A DNA stretch of 64,000 nucleotides from Moniliella sp. 'wahieum' (lineage: Eukaryota): assembly GCA_003971905.1 (NCBI GenBank), contig RSEE01000051.1, forward strand, positions 310,001 to 374,000, in the 5' to 3' direction. The stretch's first letter is position 1, and each line of letters begins with the position of its first letter. The notes beneath the pieces were generated by a model. It was not told where the DNA came from, made no database searches, and worked only from the letters and a program-made list of their open reading frames with translations. The position numbers and the translations under genes were made by a program. This document shows positions 12,400 to 23,938 of the stretch, in pieces.

Positions 12400-13400
12400 G
12401 AAAAGAAGGAAGTGGCGGGAAGAGTTATTGGTGTGCGCACCCAATCCAACTGACCATTAGTATCTTCGCATTCGTTTATTCCCATCTCGGCACCATCGAC
12501 AATCCCTGGTTCTCCATAGGTTAAACCCATTAACCGAGGTATATGTCCAATGCGTTTTGTACTCGATGGAAGTGCAAGCTGTCCCTGTAGCGCATCACGG
12601 TCAAAGCCCTGTTGTTTGAGCCAGTTGCCCACCCAGGCTCCTTGAACCCCCGCTGTTTTGGGGCGATGCCCCAATCACGCCATCCTGCATGATAGGCATC
12701 ACCGGTCACCCCGGTACCCTCGATTATATAACTTTTCATCTCAGAGCATCCTGTACCTCTCCTTAGAACCACCACCTCCATTCTTCTTCTTCAGCACCCG
12801 CGGCGATGGACCATGTAGGACCCGAACATCCCCATGAAATGACGTTGCCCTGCTCATTGCCCCTCAGCTGAGGCTCAGCGCCCTCAGCTCAGCGCATCGC
12901 GGGCCTCCGCAAGAAGCTGGTGTTCTGGTGACAGATCCAACCGGCGCATATTGTCCACCGCGAATCAGCTCCTTGACTTTGAGCAGCTCATCAGCGACCC
13001 AAGGATGCTGTGGGGCATGTAGACCGCTTGCATGCGGGAGCATAAACCCAGCGCAGCAATGATTAATGACACGCCACAAAAACCAGGGCGTTCCCATCAT
13101 GCATCATGCCACGTGATTGTACAACATGAAAGTGTATTGTAGGGCAGGACCAAATTGCGGAGATGTACGTCCCCCTCAGACTGGTGTTGCAGATCAGTCG
13201 AGGGCGGTGGCCTCCGCCACTGCCTCCGGAGCCACTTCAGTAAACGTTTCAGCAGGCGGATGAGCACCAAGCGCCTCCTCATCGACCTCATCAATTAATT
13301 TCCTCTTGTGTGGGTGGGTGAAGCCATTTGGGTTCAGACGTTCAATGCGTGTTGGGCAATTAGAAACGCGCAGGCGGAATTGGATAGTCAAAGCTACGGT
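12400..13400 (-). mobile_element. Possible degenerate LINE-like (APE endonuclease) relic
   Basis: Broken frames read KSYIIEG..GDAYHAGWRDWG...GAWVGNWLKQQGF...LPSS...LMGLTY, resembling the APE pattern II.GDFNAHH..WG...G..L..W....L...TF....DLTF. Many stops; by-eye similarity only. Confidence 0.35.
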
Positions 13401-13654
13401 GCATGTGTATCCTTACGCGTGAGCAAGCAAACGCTCACATTCCAACTCGTAGGCCCAAGGACTTGAGCCTTTTAAATTTTACCACGCCTACCTGGGATGA
13501 CGCGTAACGTGTCCCGGCACCGACCTTGCCAACCACTGTTTTGGTATACCTCTGCAATCTGTTGAGTCACGAACCCATCAGTCACAAGAGTGAGAGGATT
13601 GCGCTCGGATCAAACGAAAACGGGATGACTTCCTTTCAAAGAAGAGGAAAAATA

Positions 13655-13750
13655 CGACAATGACAGGATTCGAACCTGTGCAGGCAGAGCCTAATTGATG
13701 GTTAGACGTAACGTTCTAATCAATCCCCTTAACCGCTCGGGCACATTGCC
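13655..13750 (-). tRNA. tRNA-Ser(AGA) with 14-nt intron
   Basis: Reverse complement: GGCAATGTGCCCGAGCGGTTAAGGGGATTGATTAGAA[CGTTACGTCTAACC]ATCAATTAGGCTCTGCCTGCACAGGTTCGAATCCTGTCATTGTCG. Long variable arm; T-run downstream. Confidence 0.95.
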
Positions 13751-13949
13751 ATTATTGCATGGAAAATCTGCTCTAGATATCTTATCAACATCAACGGAAG
13801 AGCGAAGTTGAACGTCCAAAAGCATCGTTCCTAAAGGGAGAAGGAGTAACAACAGAGGACATAGAAACCCGCAAAAAGACGGGAAATGAGCTTGACTCGT
13901 GAGACCAGCCAAACGATGAGAGATCATGTGCCATCGATGGGCCCGGACT

Positions 13950-14320
13950 AGAGCTCATCAACCCACAGTTTTGGTATGTTTTCTTTCCCTTGTGGAGAGG
14001 ACAGACCACCCTCACAGTTGCGATTGTAACGGAGTTGCTGGCTTCCCCAGCGGAGATCTTCCCTGCCCATCGGAGACAAGACTCACGGAGGACTAAACGT
14101 GTTTCAGATCCAAAGTCCAAGGAACACTGGCGTGAACGTCGTGAGTAGTGCTTTGCTGTTCGTCGGGTAGAGCCAGGAAGCGGCCGCGAGGAGGTTGCAC
14201 GTTACGAGCTTGACGAGAAAGCGGGGAGTTCGGAACGGTGGTTCTTCTAGAGTGGAGTTCGCCTGGAAGAAGGGTGATTTGCAAAAAGATTGGTGGGCGG
14301 CTTGGACTTGGGCCATCACA
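13950..14320 (-). mobile_element. Possible Ty3/gypsy aspartic-protease-region relic
   Basis: Frameshifted reading ...HDVHASV/..DFGSETRLV...TIATVRV resembles the retropepsin LxDSGAT region; an LTR-like pyrimidine-rich tract lies upstream at ~14330-14690. Confidence 0.3.
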
Positions 14321-15403
14321 ATTAGATCTAGTAAGAATAGGCAGGTTTTATAGAAGAGAAGGGGGACAAAAGAAGACCGACAGATCTACAGCTAAAAGTG
14401 CATGAGGGACACGAGGCAAGACGAGGCGAGAGGGTCAAGGGCCAAGCTGACCCGAGACGAGATACGGGCCGAGAAACCGAATCGAAACCCTGCGTAGTGT
14501 TTTGGATTTTTAATAGATGAAGACGAGTGGAGAAGAGGGGATTGTTGTGGGTTTTGTAGATCGGCCAATGGGGGGCGCCGTCTCGCCTGGCCACGTTGCG
14601 TATGTACCGGAAAGAGCAAGACTAGTGTGCCTATATAGTCCATTGTCCTAGAAAAGGTTGGCAGGAAGGGCAGCAATGCAGTTAACAACTACAAAAGGGG
14701 TTGGGGAGAGGTTCTTTGTCACTGGAAGAATGCTACTCTCGTAGGATCACCACGGGATCCTTACAATGAAGAATGGTTACGGTCGACGGCAAGGGGGGAT
14801 TCCCCACAGAAGACTGAAAGACCAAAATGTGAGCGGCCCTCTTGCACGACCGGGGTCGGGTTGCACCTGTTGCGGTAGCGGGTGTGCAACGCCATCTGGA
14901 GCGTGCTGAATGCGCGTCGTCTCCGAAACAAGACGAGAAGTGGCCTGTCTACCCCAGCAGTTCCCCCTGATTTCATCTGGCTCTGACAGCGGTTCAAACG
15001 GCGATGTCAATATCTCTCAGACCAAGTAAAGACAATAAAGATGTGGAGAAAACCCGCCCAATAAAAGGTGAGGCCTCTGTTGACGGCAACCGTGAGCCTC
15101 GGCAGATCTGATCCAATCCAAGGTGTGATGCTTTCCAATCCTAATAGAGCTCGCCCCCGCCCCAACCTAGTCCCTGTCACAGAGCCTCGCGAGTGGGCAA
15201 GCCCGGCGGAGCCTATACGCGCTCCCTTCCTTCTTCGTTTTCGTAACCACCCAACCCCAGGTTGGTTATTGGATCCAATCCGATCTTCTATGAGCTGCGA
15301 TGTCCAGCGTGACCACCAGCGGGATCCACCAGTCTTCCGTATCCGCGCGATAACAATTGCCCCTCGCCCAAGTGAATTGGTAACCATCGCCTGGTTACGG
15401 AAT

Positions 15404-15828
15404 TGTCAGTATCCCCGTTTGCGACGACCATCGTCGTCCCATGTCCGTTTACCTTACGTTGCTAGGTTGCCAGTGCGACAACGTCCCCCCTGTTTTCTCC
15501 TGTCTCCGTTCTTCCTCTTTCTATGCACTGTTTCCCTATTAGTCCCGGTCTGTAAGCAATGGTTCGTGGTTTTCCCCGCGGTATATTATTCCTCTCCTGT
15601 CCTCGCCAATTGTCGATCAATCCAGTACAACAGGCATCTCCTCCTCTTAGTTGCCCCCCGCTCCTTGCCCTCGTCATCCAGCTCCCGTCTCCAACTCTCC
15701 GTCCTTCAGTTAATCCAGTTCACGTGTGCCCTCCTCCTCTGCCACGTCGAAGTCCAGCTAAGTTCAGCCACTTGTGATCCCGTTTTCAGCCACACGACCT
15801 CCAGTTCCAGTCCAGCTCCAGTCTGACA
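15404..15828 (+). mobile_element. Probable LTR (~425 bp)
   Basis: Terminal inverted repeats TGTCAG...CTGACA; internal TATA-like gtatatta and pyrimidine tracts; immediately followed by GTTATGTTCCCG, resembling the GGTTATGAGCCC PBS of fungal copia elements. Confidence 0.5.
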
Positions 15829-16265
15829 GTGTTATGTTCCCGCTGCTAGTTCCCGTCTCTGAGCCCGAAGGCTTCAAACACCCTGTTACCTCCCAAACCA
15901 GTGCTATACGCAGCCTTTCGGCACCTACAGCCGCCTCTGCTATAATATGCCAAGAGGCCACTCCCAGTCCCTATACCCCCCGCTCGGACCCCAAGCGCGA
16001 ACTAGCATGAGTCTACCTTAGGACCGCCAAGGCATTGTACCCCTTAACCCTCCCCCCCATTCCCCCCGGGCAGGCCCCCTGGCGGTGTCCACTCGGAGGA
16101 ACAGTCTCGATCGTGCAGCTGCTGTACCAAGTTCGGTGCCAAAAAACGGCCATCCTCTCGATACCACGTTGTATCTATATGGCAACACCAGTCGGCCCAG
16201 TTGCCTTGATATTTATACAATCTTCTGTTCTTCCCCGTTTCTTCCCCTTTTGGGGGATGGAGCGG

Positions 16266-17620
16266 GTTATTATGTACAGACAACTGGGGAGAAAGGTGGT
16301 AAACTCATAAGTTTCACTGCATAGCTCCCATAAGAGCTAATATGTCCCCATTCGCAGGAAGGGAAAAGATAAGACAATGCTGCTGCAGTGCCGCTGATCG
16401 CATGTCACCAGTGTATAGTACGCAATTCATCCACACAACACTTCTCAAGAGTGGGATGATCATCGAGGCCAAACACTCTTGCATCCATTGACATGCGCAG
16501 GACCAGGAACGATCTTGGTGAGGAATTTGGCCACCATGGACTGGGTGGGACAATGCTCGTACACTGAATGGTTCCGGCCTCCGCCCATTTGCGCATTGCC
16601 TTGAGCTCAACGTCGTAGTTCTTGCTGCGACCATGCTTCTCAGTTGCCGCCAAGTAGTAAGCCAGAGCAAACTGATTGTCTACTTTGATGTTCATGCTCT
16701 TTTGATTCATCTCAAAGTCCTTTGCGATCTTGAGCAGATGGTTTGCCTCACGAGAGCCTTCTATGGCAGCATTGAGCTCAGTCTCGGTAATGAACAGGGC
16801 CAGCTTGGTCTGCTTGCGATTTGCCCACCACACAGCAGCGCCAGCCAACTTGGACACGTAGCCTCCGACACACTTCCGATTCAACTGTTCAGCAAAATGG
16901 GCATCCGTCCATTCTTAGATCAACTCGGTCGGTTGGCTGGTGTACGTACACCAGCTTGAGTTGATGACCGGCCAGGTAGCGAAGAATCCCGTTCACAACT
17001 TACCATGACTGCTTGGTTGGATTGGCAGTAGACTGCTCCGCCCCACAAATCCAGCAGCAAACGCAATGTCCGGACTGACGTGTGCCTGGGGCCGTATACT
17101 GGATCGATCCCAGGACTGGTATTCCACCACAGAGCGCTCGGGATTGGCCCCCTCCTCATCTTCGGCCCGTTGCGCACGCACGGCACTGACCACCCACTTG
17201 GTCACAGCCAGCAAACGCGGAACCGCCCCGGTCATCCCCTCCTGCGCAAGGAGCTGGGCCACACTGGCATATTGGTCGAGACTCAGACGACCACCAATAG
17301 GATCGTATTCAACATTGAGTCCCACCATTTGCTTAATCGGTTCGAGATCCTTGACCACAAAGAAATCATTCAGTGCACGGGGAAAATGACCCAACGCGTC
17401 TTCACTCGGAGAGGAAGTAGCAAAGTTACCAACCCAGCACAACAGGTACCCCGGCTCCCGACCATCTTTGATATAGAAGCGCTCATCGGCACGCGAGAGG
17501 CACGAAAAGCTCAGCGTATGTCGCATTGCCGCCAACGCTTTGAACCAGGCGCGCAGAGAATGTGCAACCCATACAGACAGTACCTTCTCCAAATTGACCA
17601 CCCGTCCCGACCCATCGTCA
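16266..17620 (-). mobile_element. Ty1/copia retrotransposon 3' relic: RT (partial), RNase H, PPT and 3' LTR
   Basis: RT-like LLCWVGNFAT...FVVKDLEPIKQMVGLNV...PDIAFAAG. RNase H GYVSKLAGAAVWWANRKQ...TETELNA...KVDNQFA...RSKNYDV. Purine run GAGAAG directly before LTR start TGTTG at 16440. Catalytic YVDD motif is degenerate. Confidence 0.85.
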
Positions 17621-20600
17621 CCTCACGCTAGCAGACGCACATACCCCGGCTTGTCCAATTCCCCACTAGGAAAAATACCTTCCACACCCATACCCGAACG
17701 TGGAATGCTCTGACATAGTCAAAGAATATTGAGACATATCAGTTTCTAGAAAGACCGCAATGAGAGGTTAATGATTCAAAGTAGAACGAAGAAAAAAGGA
17801 AAAGGGAGAGGTCATAAACGAAAAAGGAGAGGACGTACAGGAAGCGCGCGAGAAAACGGACTATACAGGGGTGTGCGTGCAGGTGATCAACCATGGCGTG
17901 GCAACAGTTAGCTCTATGAGGAAAGAAGGGTTTCCAACCGAAAGAGTGAGATTGCCATTGTGGCTTACTCGCGAGTCAATATGACACTATTCATGACCTA
18001 CCGGCCGACCACTCTACTCCTAAATGCAGTCCACGACCATGCGGCAGCTAAATGATACGCTATACACTCTTCCTTTCTTCCTGGGGGTTTCATGCTCGCC
18101 GGACCGGACGCGCTCAATATGTGCATCCGTAGTCGATTAGCGAAACATGATACGGAATTTTGTCACTCGAATGCTGGAATGCACGAGCGCTGCCAAAGAG
18201 ATTGACCCCATACCTGCAGCTAGGCCGAGTCCGTGGCTGGCTGAGTAGGGGGCTTCTGGTCAATGTCCTGCTCATCTTCCATTATTGACAGTTTCAAGCG
18301 GTGAGCCCCCAAGGATGCTGAACTAAGCAGGCATCGAGCCGCGGGAAAGACTCCGAACAGTTTGGCTGGCTTCCTACGTGTAAAGCAAATGCAACAGTTG
18401 AGAAACTCCGCAGACGGGGCTGAGAGCCTACAACAGGTCATCAAGACAATCCATTGAACGATCCAGCAACTCCGTGGTAAGATGGTTACCAGCCCGTTAT
18501 CACATTGGTAATGCAGACCGAATCAGACACACAATCCTATATAGCTTGCGTTCCCTGAAGTACACGTCTTCAATGATAACCGGGATGAGTCGTACATTCC
18601 TATTGTTAAAACGGTGAAGTCGGGGATAAAGAAGAAGGATAACAAAGTGTCGAGAAGCTTTGGGCAGATTTTAGTCCGTAAACAACCTAATGGCCGATCA
18701 GGCTATAGCCAGCAACCCTTAGAACGGTGTTTCTATACTGAAGAGATGAGCTTGTCTCGCGGGTTTCACAGAATTGACGTGTTTCGAGAGATGGCTGCGA
18801 TATATCAACAGGCTTCTGGTCTGGACGTCAGAGAATTTTCTGGTAATAGTAGTTAAGAAGTAGCATTGAATCGTGATTTTCTTTGCTCCAGTAGGGTGAA
18901 CGATGATTCAGGTTATAGCTCTGTCACAGGCACAATAATTCGTCATGGCGATGCAGAGTAGTAAAAGAACAGACCTGTGAGAATAAGTACCGATAGTACG
19001 CGAGACGCTGATCGGATATATTGGCTGTACCTGATTCCGTCGTATGTCACTGAGGGCCCATTGCCGCTGTACCAGATGAAACCAGTCCAGATGGGGGGGG
19101 CTACCCTCAAGTGATGCCGTTCCTCAAGACAGGCTGAATTATTGTTGAAGCGCATTCCTATGGAAACGGCCTACAATATGAGTTTCGGCAATCAGGAGCT
19201 ATGATGAGAGACCAACAGACGGAGAGCAGAAGAGATCACTAAGAGGAGTATGAGTTGACGAAGAGAAGAGTTAAAGACACCAATGAATCAAAGGGGAAAA
19301 CAACGACTAATTGCATACAACACTTCAAACAGCAGTGGACAAAACATGGCTAAGAAGAGAATATAGGCCAGAGGTTACTTTCGTGGGAAGTGTGGGCCGA
19401 ACAAGAGCAACATGGCTACCAGACATCATGCTCCGACAATTCGTTCATGGTGACTGTCCAATGGTCGTTAGGGAGCTATCTTAATACTGGACAAATCATT
19501 GCGTTTTTGATTGGATCGGATCCGCGACCGCCTGTCCATTAATAATACCCACCACTGAACTCACGCACACCTTTTTCTGCATCCACGACCAAGATCGGGT
19601 GTACGGACTGGTGGCAATTTGGGCAGCATAGCAAGCAGTGATTGCATTCCACCGCTGCGTATGAGTCTCTGTAGACCGTGTCGGCCTCGCTACTACCACA
19701 GAATGTGAGCACTGAACGTCGTATTGGACTAAGAAGCTTCGGTGACTGACTCGTCCAGAAGACAGGTGCGAGCTCGGAAGGAATGACAACTGACTCACGT
19801 GACTCAGGGTCCACGCGGTCCTAGGACGGATGTCAACAGACCGTTACCTTTATCGTTCTTCTCGTCAAACAACGTATAGTCTTGAGCTATGACAAACTCA
19901 GTAGATTTGGGTGGCAACACAAGAGTCGTTGCAATTGTCGGGATGTACAGATAGAACGGAACTGAAAAAAACACAGATACATCCACGAAGATGCTCGGCT
20001 GGCAATTCATTGATTAAGTTCTACTATTACTTGCAAAAACACTGGGCATCAAGCGGATATATTCCTTGCGGACTATGAGTAATACTGATTCTTACCAATT
20101 CGCTCCATTATCAATTGGTAGCTAACCCTAACCCTGGAATCGTATTTCCGGCACTGCTGGAGAGAGGCTACCATTATATGGCTGTGTATTTCAACAGAAT
20201 ATACATATTGAGCGACATTTTTGAATTCATGGCTTATGCAATTAGGAGCCACATGACTCCAGTTTTACGAATATTCAGGATACGGATAGCAGACGAATTA
20301 TTTTCCAGGGATGATTCTTCGGTTTGGTATCCAATGACATGCATGCGCTTCTAACGGTCGCGCACGATAGGTGCCAACAGTACATTCTATCCGTCACGCC
20401 GGTTACGGTATCTGCCACCAGAAGTAAGGGGTTTTCAGGTCGCTGGTGATGTGCATCACCTGCACAATTCGGTAGAAGAGATGCGGTGTATCCTTACTAC
20501 AGTGCTGAGGTCGTTTAGGCTGGTGCGGCTACGGGTGCCAGCATGTCCATAATCAAGCAATCACTTTAAGCCTATTTATAGAAGTAGTCGAACCTTAGCT

Positions 20601-20770
20601 AGGACTATCTTTAGGAAGAACTACGGAGAAAATAGAAATGGATAGTACGCAATCAAAAACCACGAGAATTTTGCATGCTGGTACGTGCTTGATCACCTTG
20701 TCAAGGTTACAAACTGACTTTTGGGTGCACTGAAGTTCCGGGCGGTGTAGGAAAGAAATCGCGGAAATAA

Positions 20771-20830
20771 CAGGAGGCAATTCTCCCTCACGTTTGTTAG
20801 CAGGAGGCATTTCTCCCTCACGTTTCTTAG
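20771..20830. repeat. 30-bp tandem duplication (2 copies, 2 mismatches)
   Basis: caggaggcaattctccctcacgtttgttag / caggaggcatttctccctcacgtttcttag. Confidence 0.9.
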
Positions 20831-21399
20831 CTCAAACGAAGGCAGAGCGCCCCAGCTCCTGTCAAATAAGCCTTGCCCCTACATGAATTGGAGGACGTAT
20901 GATTGAAGTTGAGGTTGAACCACGTCCTGCTTGTCTGCTGGCGGGATATGTGTAACAACACGCGTCCTGTATCGGTGAGGTACGGATGTCAAAGGGATCG
21001 GCAAACCAATCCTACGTTCTATCCTCATTCACTCTGTCTACTGGGCCAGATGCATTTTGCGTAGTGAAAAGAAGTGAAGAGCCTGCAGTGAAGTTTTTGG
21101 ATGCTGTTGCAAGGAGGCATTGTTGGCTCAGCGAACAGTTAAGCGACGTGTCTGAAACCGTTCGGACGCTGAAGAGGGACGGTTTGGACAACTGTACGTT
21201 GTCGTGACCACTGACATGAGAGCGGGAGCAGAGCCTTAAATCTGAGCTGAGCAGATGAAGCTGCCTGGCGAAGATGTTCGAACCCGCTCGTTTTCGTCCG
21301 TTGTCCGGTGCGAATCCCAACTCTCGTGAGCAGGTCCCGACCCCGCACGTCGTCTCCTCCTTCGAGATTTACGCCGGCGTCGCACTTGCCCTTATCAGG

Positions 21400-22330
21400 A
21401 CGCAGCGTGGATTAACCGCTTCATGGTCCTGCTGTAGGGGGGCAGAGACCTCACTTTGGTGGAGCAGTTCGATTCGGAGGTGACTCTTCCTGTGGAGATG
21501 CACTGCACCACTCCGGTCTTCAGTCTTGTTTTGCGTTTCGTGCAACCTTCCTGAAAGACAGTGGGGGCGAGCGCAACCCGGCGCAAAAGGATTTTCAGGA
21601 GTTTCATCGTCACCGGAACACAGAAACTGCGGCGAACTATTCCGCAACGTCCACATATCCTGCTGCTTCGCTGGAACCTCAACGTCTCGGCTGTGACATG
21701 TGAGGAACTCTACTGGAACTTCCTATTATAAGGCTTTGAAGCCGTGGGTGCATGACGCAATCGTTCGCCTCCCGCGCGAGTCGATTCACTTCGGGGCGAT
21801 TAGTTTCGAAGAACTGTGCACAACAGCGGTCATTGACATCGATCAATCCCACTCGCTGAGCGCGCGCGTTACCCCAGATTCCCCTGCATCGGACGGCAAT
21901 CGTTGATTTCCTCGGCCTTCACCTCCCGAGGCCAAACCCATGGATCTCAGCGCGACCACCCCCGCCGCCGAGAAGCCGAACGCTGCTTTAAAGGCGCTTG
22001 CTTCTGCTGCGGCTCCCATAGCCACCTCACTGCCGAGTGCCCCACCTCGTAGTCTCCCTCTGTGGCCTCCACACGGCCTCGACGCTGATTCTACCTGACG
22101 CGGTCGTGGGGTTTGTCTTACCTCTCGGTCATTCACGGTACTCGTTCACCTGCATCCTTTGGCCCTTCGTCTTCCGTCTCCGCCCCCAATTCCGGTTACC
22201 ACCTTGGCCAAAGGCTCTCTGTTGGCGCAAACATCGTTCTCATGGACCACTGCACCCCGTCCTCCTCTGTTAACTTGACCCCGTTTCCCTCCACGTTTCC
22301 TCCCAGCACTGAGCCGTCCACTCCCCTCCT
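21400..22330 (+). mobile_element. Ty3/gypsy Gag (and protease-region) relic
   Basis: YYKALKPWVHDAI...FEELCTTAVIDID...AKPMDLS matches the gypsy Gag C-terminal pattern Fx.GLK..IKD...LEEL...A..ID...PMDLD. Interrupted by stops and frameshifts. Confidence 0.6.
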
Positions 22331-22712
22331 CCCTTTCGCGCTCCCCCCACACCCCATCTCACGGTACGCAACAACCTTTCCCCATAACTCCCTCCTCGGC
22401 AGAGCCTCTGGCCGGAGGAGTCCCTACGTGCCTCCCCGATCTGGACCGTCTATATTGGCTTTCTCTCTCCAAGGCAGTTTGAGCTCGAGATGTGGTCAGG
22501 GAACCTGAACTCATGGTAAGCGTCTAGTCGACAGTGGGGCTCGTCTCGTCCGTCGCCGTTGCTAGTGGTTCCGAGACAATGTTTCCCGACGAATCACACT
22601 CGCGCATCTGGAGCACATCTGCCAGGCGGTCCCTCCCAGCTACCTCATTCCTTCCGTAGCGCCTTCTCCAAGTTAAACGGGCGTGGAGGTGCGGCGTCAT
22701 TATGTCAAAAAG

Positions 22713-22907
22713 TGTTGAGAATCCAAGTACTTACTATTGTGCAGCTAAGTGGGGATGGAGGTGGTAAAGTCATAACATTCACTGCATAGCTCCCACAGGA
22801 GCTATGCTCCCATTCGCAAGAGAAAAAGAAGAAAGATAAGAACACTACTGCTGCAGTGCCACTGGTCGCATGTCACCAGTATAGCACGCAATTCATCCAC
22901 AACAACA
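22713..22907 (-). mobile_element. Second copy of the copia LTR (195 bp), nested inside the gypsy relic
   Basis: TGTTG...CAACA termini. Clearly alignable to 16266-16440 (shared ttcactgcatagctccca, tgctgcagtgcc, cgcatgtcaccagt, cgcaattcatccaca). No target-site duplication seen. Confidence 0.8.
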
Positions 22908-22989
22908 CTTACAGATCATGAGGCCATTACTACGTTTCGCCGTCCTCGCCTGTTGAACCGTCGCCAGGGACGATGTTGCTAGATTTTCC

Positions 22990-23500
22990 CCCCTATCGCC
23001 TTGCTACTAATGGTCAACGGCGGTCCCCTTCTACCGGTCCAGCCTGACTTGGTCGGCCAACAGGGCGGGTATATTGTCCAGCCAGCGATCTTCTGACGGC
23101 CTTGGCTATCGTTACATCGGGCCCTTTCGAATTGTCCCCTGTTGGCCGCGCCGCGTATCAGATCCGCTTTCCCCATTGCGGATTTTCTACACCTCCATGG
23201 CGAGTTCCATGCGTCTCCCGCTTGGGTGCCTACACCCCGGGTGACGTGGTCCCTGCCCGTTGTGGCTCGAGCCCCCCCCCCCGCATCTTCTCCAGGAATA
23301 TGGTGACGATGATTCCTATTCATCACGATATCGAGCACGTCCTCGACTCTCGCCGCAAGGACCGGCGTGGAGGCCACACATTCGGGACTTTTTATAGTTC
23401 TCACTTCCGTGGCTATCCCCCGTCCACGAACGAGAGTGGGTATACCGCCGCGGACATGTCTCTCATTATCCCGAACCGGTGTTTCGTTTCCAAGTGTCGC
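22990..23500 (+). mobile_element. Chromovirus integrase C-terminus (GPY/F region) plus chromodomain relic
   Basis: YIGPF(E)...VGRAAYQIRFP...FH.S, then DIEHVLDSRRK...FYSSHFRGYPPSTNE(W), matching chromodomain YEVE.ILDSR...YLV.WKGYP...NTW. Confidence 0.75.
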
Positions 23501-23552
23501 TCATGCCCGTCGACTCGCCATCTCTCGCCTCCGCCGACGACCGGGATCAAGG

Positions 23553-23771
23553 TGTGAACGGGATCAAGGACATATATACTGTTTGCCTATCTCGCTCCCA
23601 TTTCCAATTCCTTCGTCCCGAGCGTCTCGCCCTTCGCTGCTCTTCCTCTTCGCGCCACATATGTCCTCTGCTCTTGTTTCTTCCCCACGACGATTGGAAC
23701 GCTTTTAATAATCTCAACTCTGGCGTCTCTCGCCTTAGCCGTCTGTGACAACAGCTATCTCGCCCGTTACA
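23553..23771 (+). mobile_element. 3' LTR of the chromovirus relic (219 bp)
   Basis: Near-perfect terminal inverted repeats TGTGAACGGG...CCCGTTACA; internal catatata; lies directly after the chromodomain. Confidence 0.65.
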
Positions 23772-23841
23772 AGCTTAGAAAACCAACACAGTTTTCATGG
23801 TAACAGCTACATAACGTCTCGTACTCAATCTGTGACGTAAT

Positions 23842-23938
23842 GGCAATGTGCCCGAGCGGTTAAGGGGATTGATTAGAACAGTTGTGTCTAACCATCAATT
23901 AGGCTCTGCCTGCACAGGTTCGAATCCTGTCATTGTCG
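23842..23938 (+). tRNA. tRNA-Ser(AGA) with 15-nt intron
   Basis: Exons identical to the 13655-13750 copy; intron CAGTTGTGTCTAACC; TTTTT terminator at 23942-23946. Confidence 0.95.

Noticed and set aside
17711..17906. TG...CAACA purine-rich segment as a solo LTR
   Set aside because: Weak terminal repeats, no TSD and no second copy in the window
17700..21000. Mating-type locus (STE3 receptor or CAAX pheromone) in the low-GC core
   Set aside because: No seven-TM reading frame or short CAAX-terminated ORF could be reconstructed by eye
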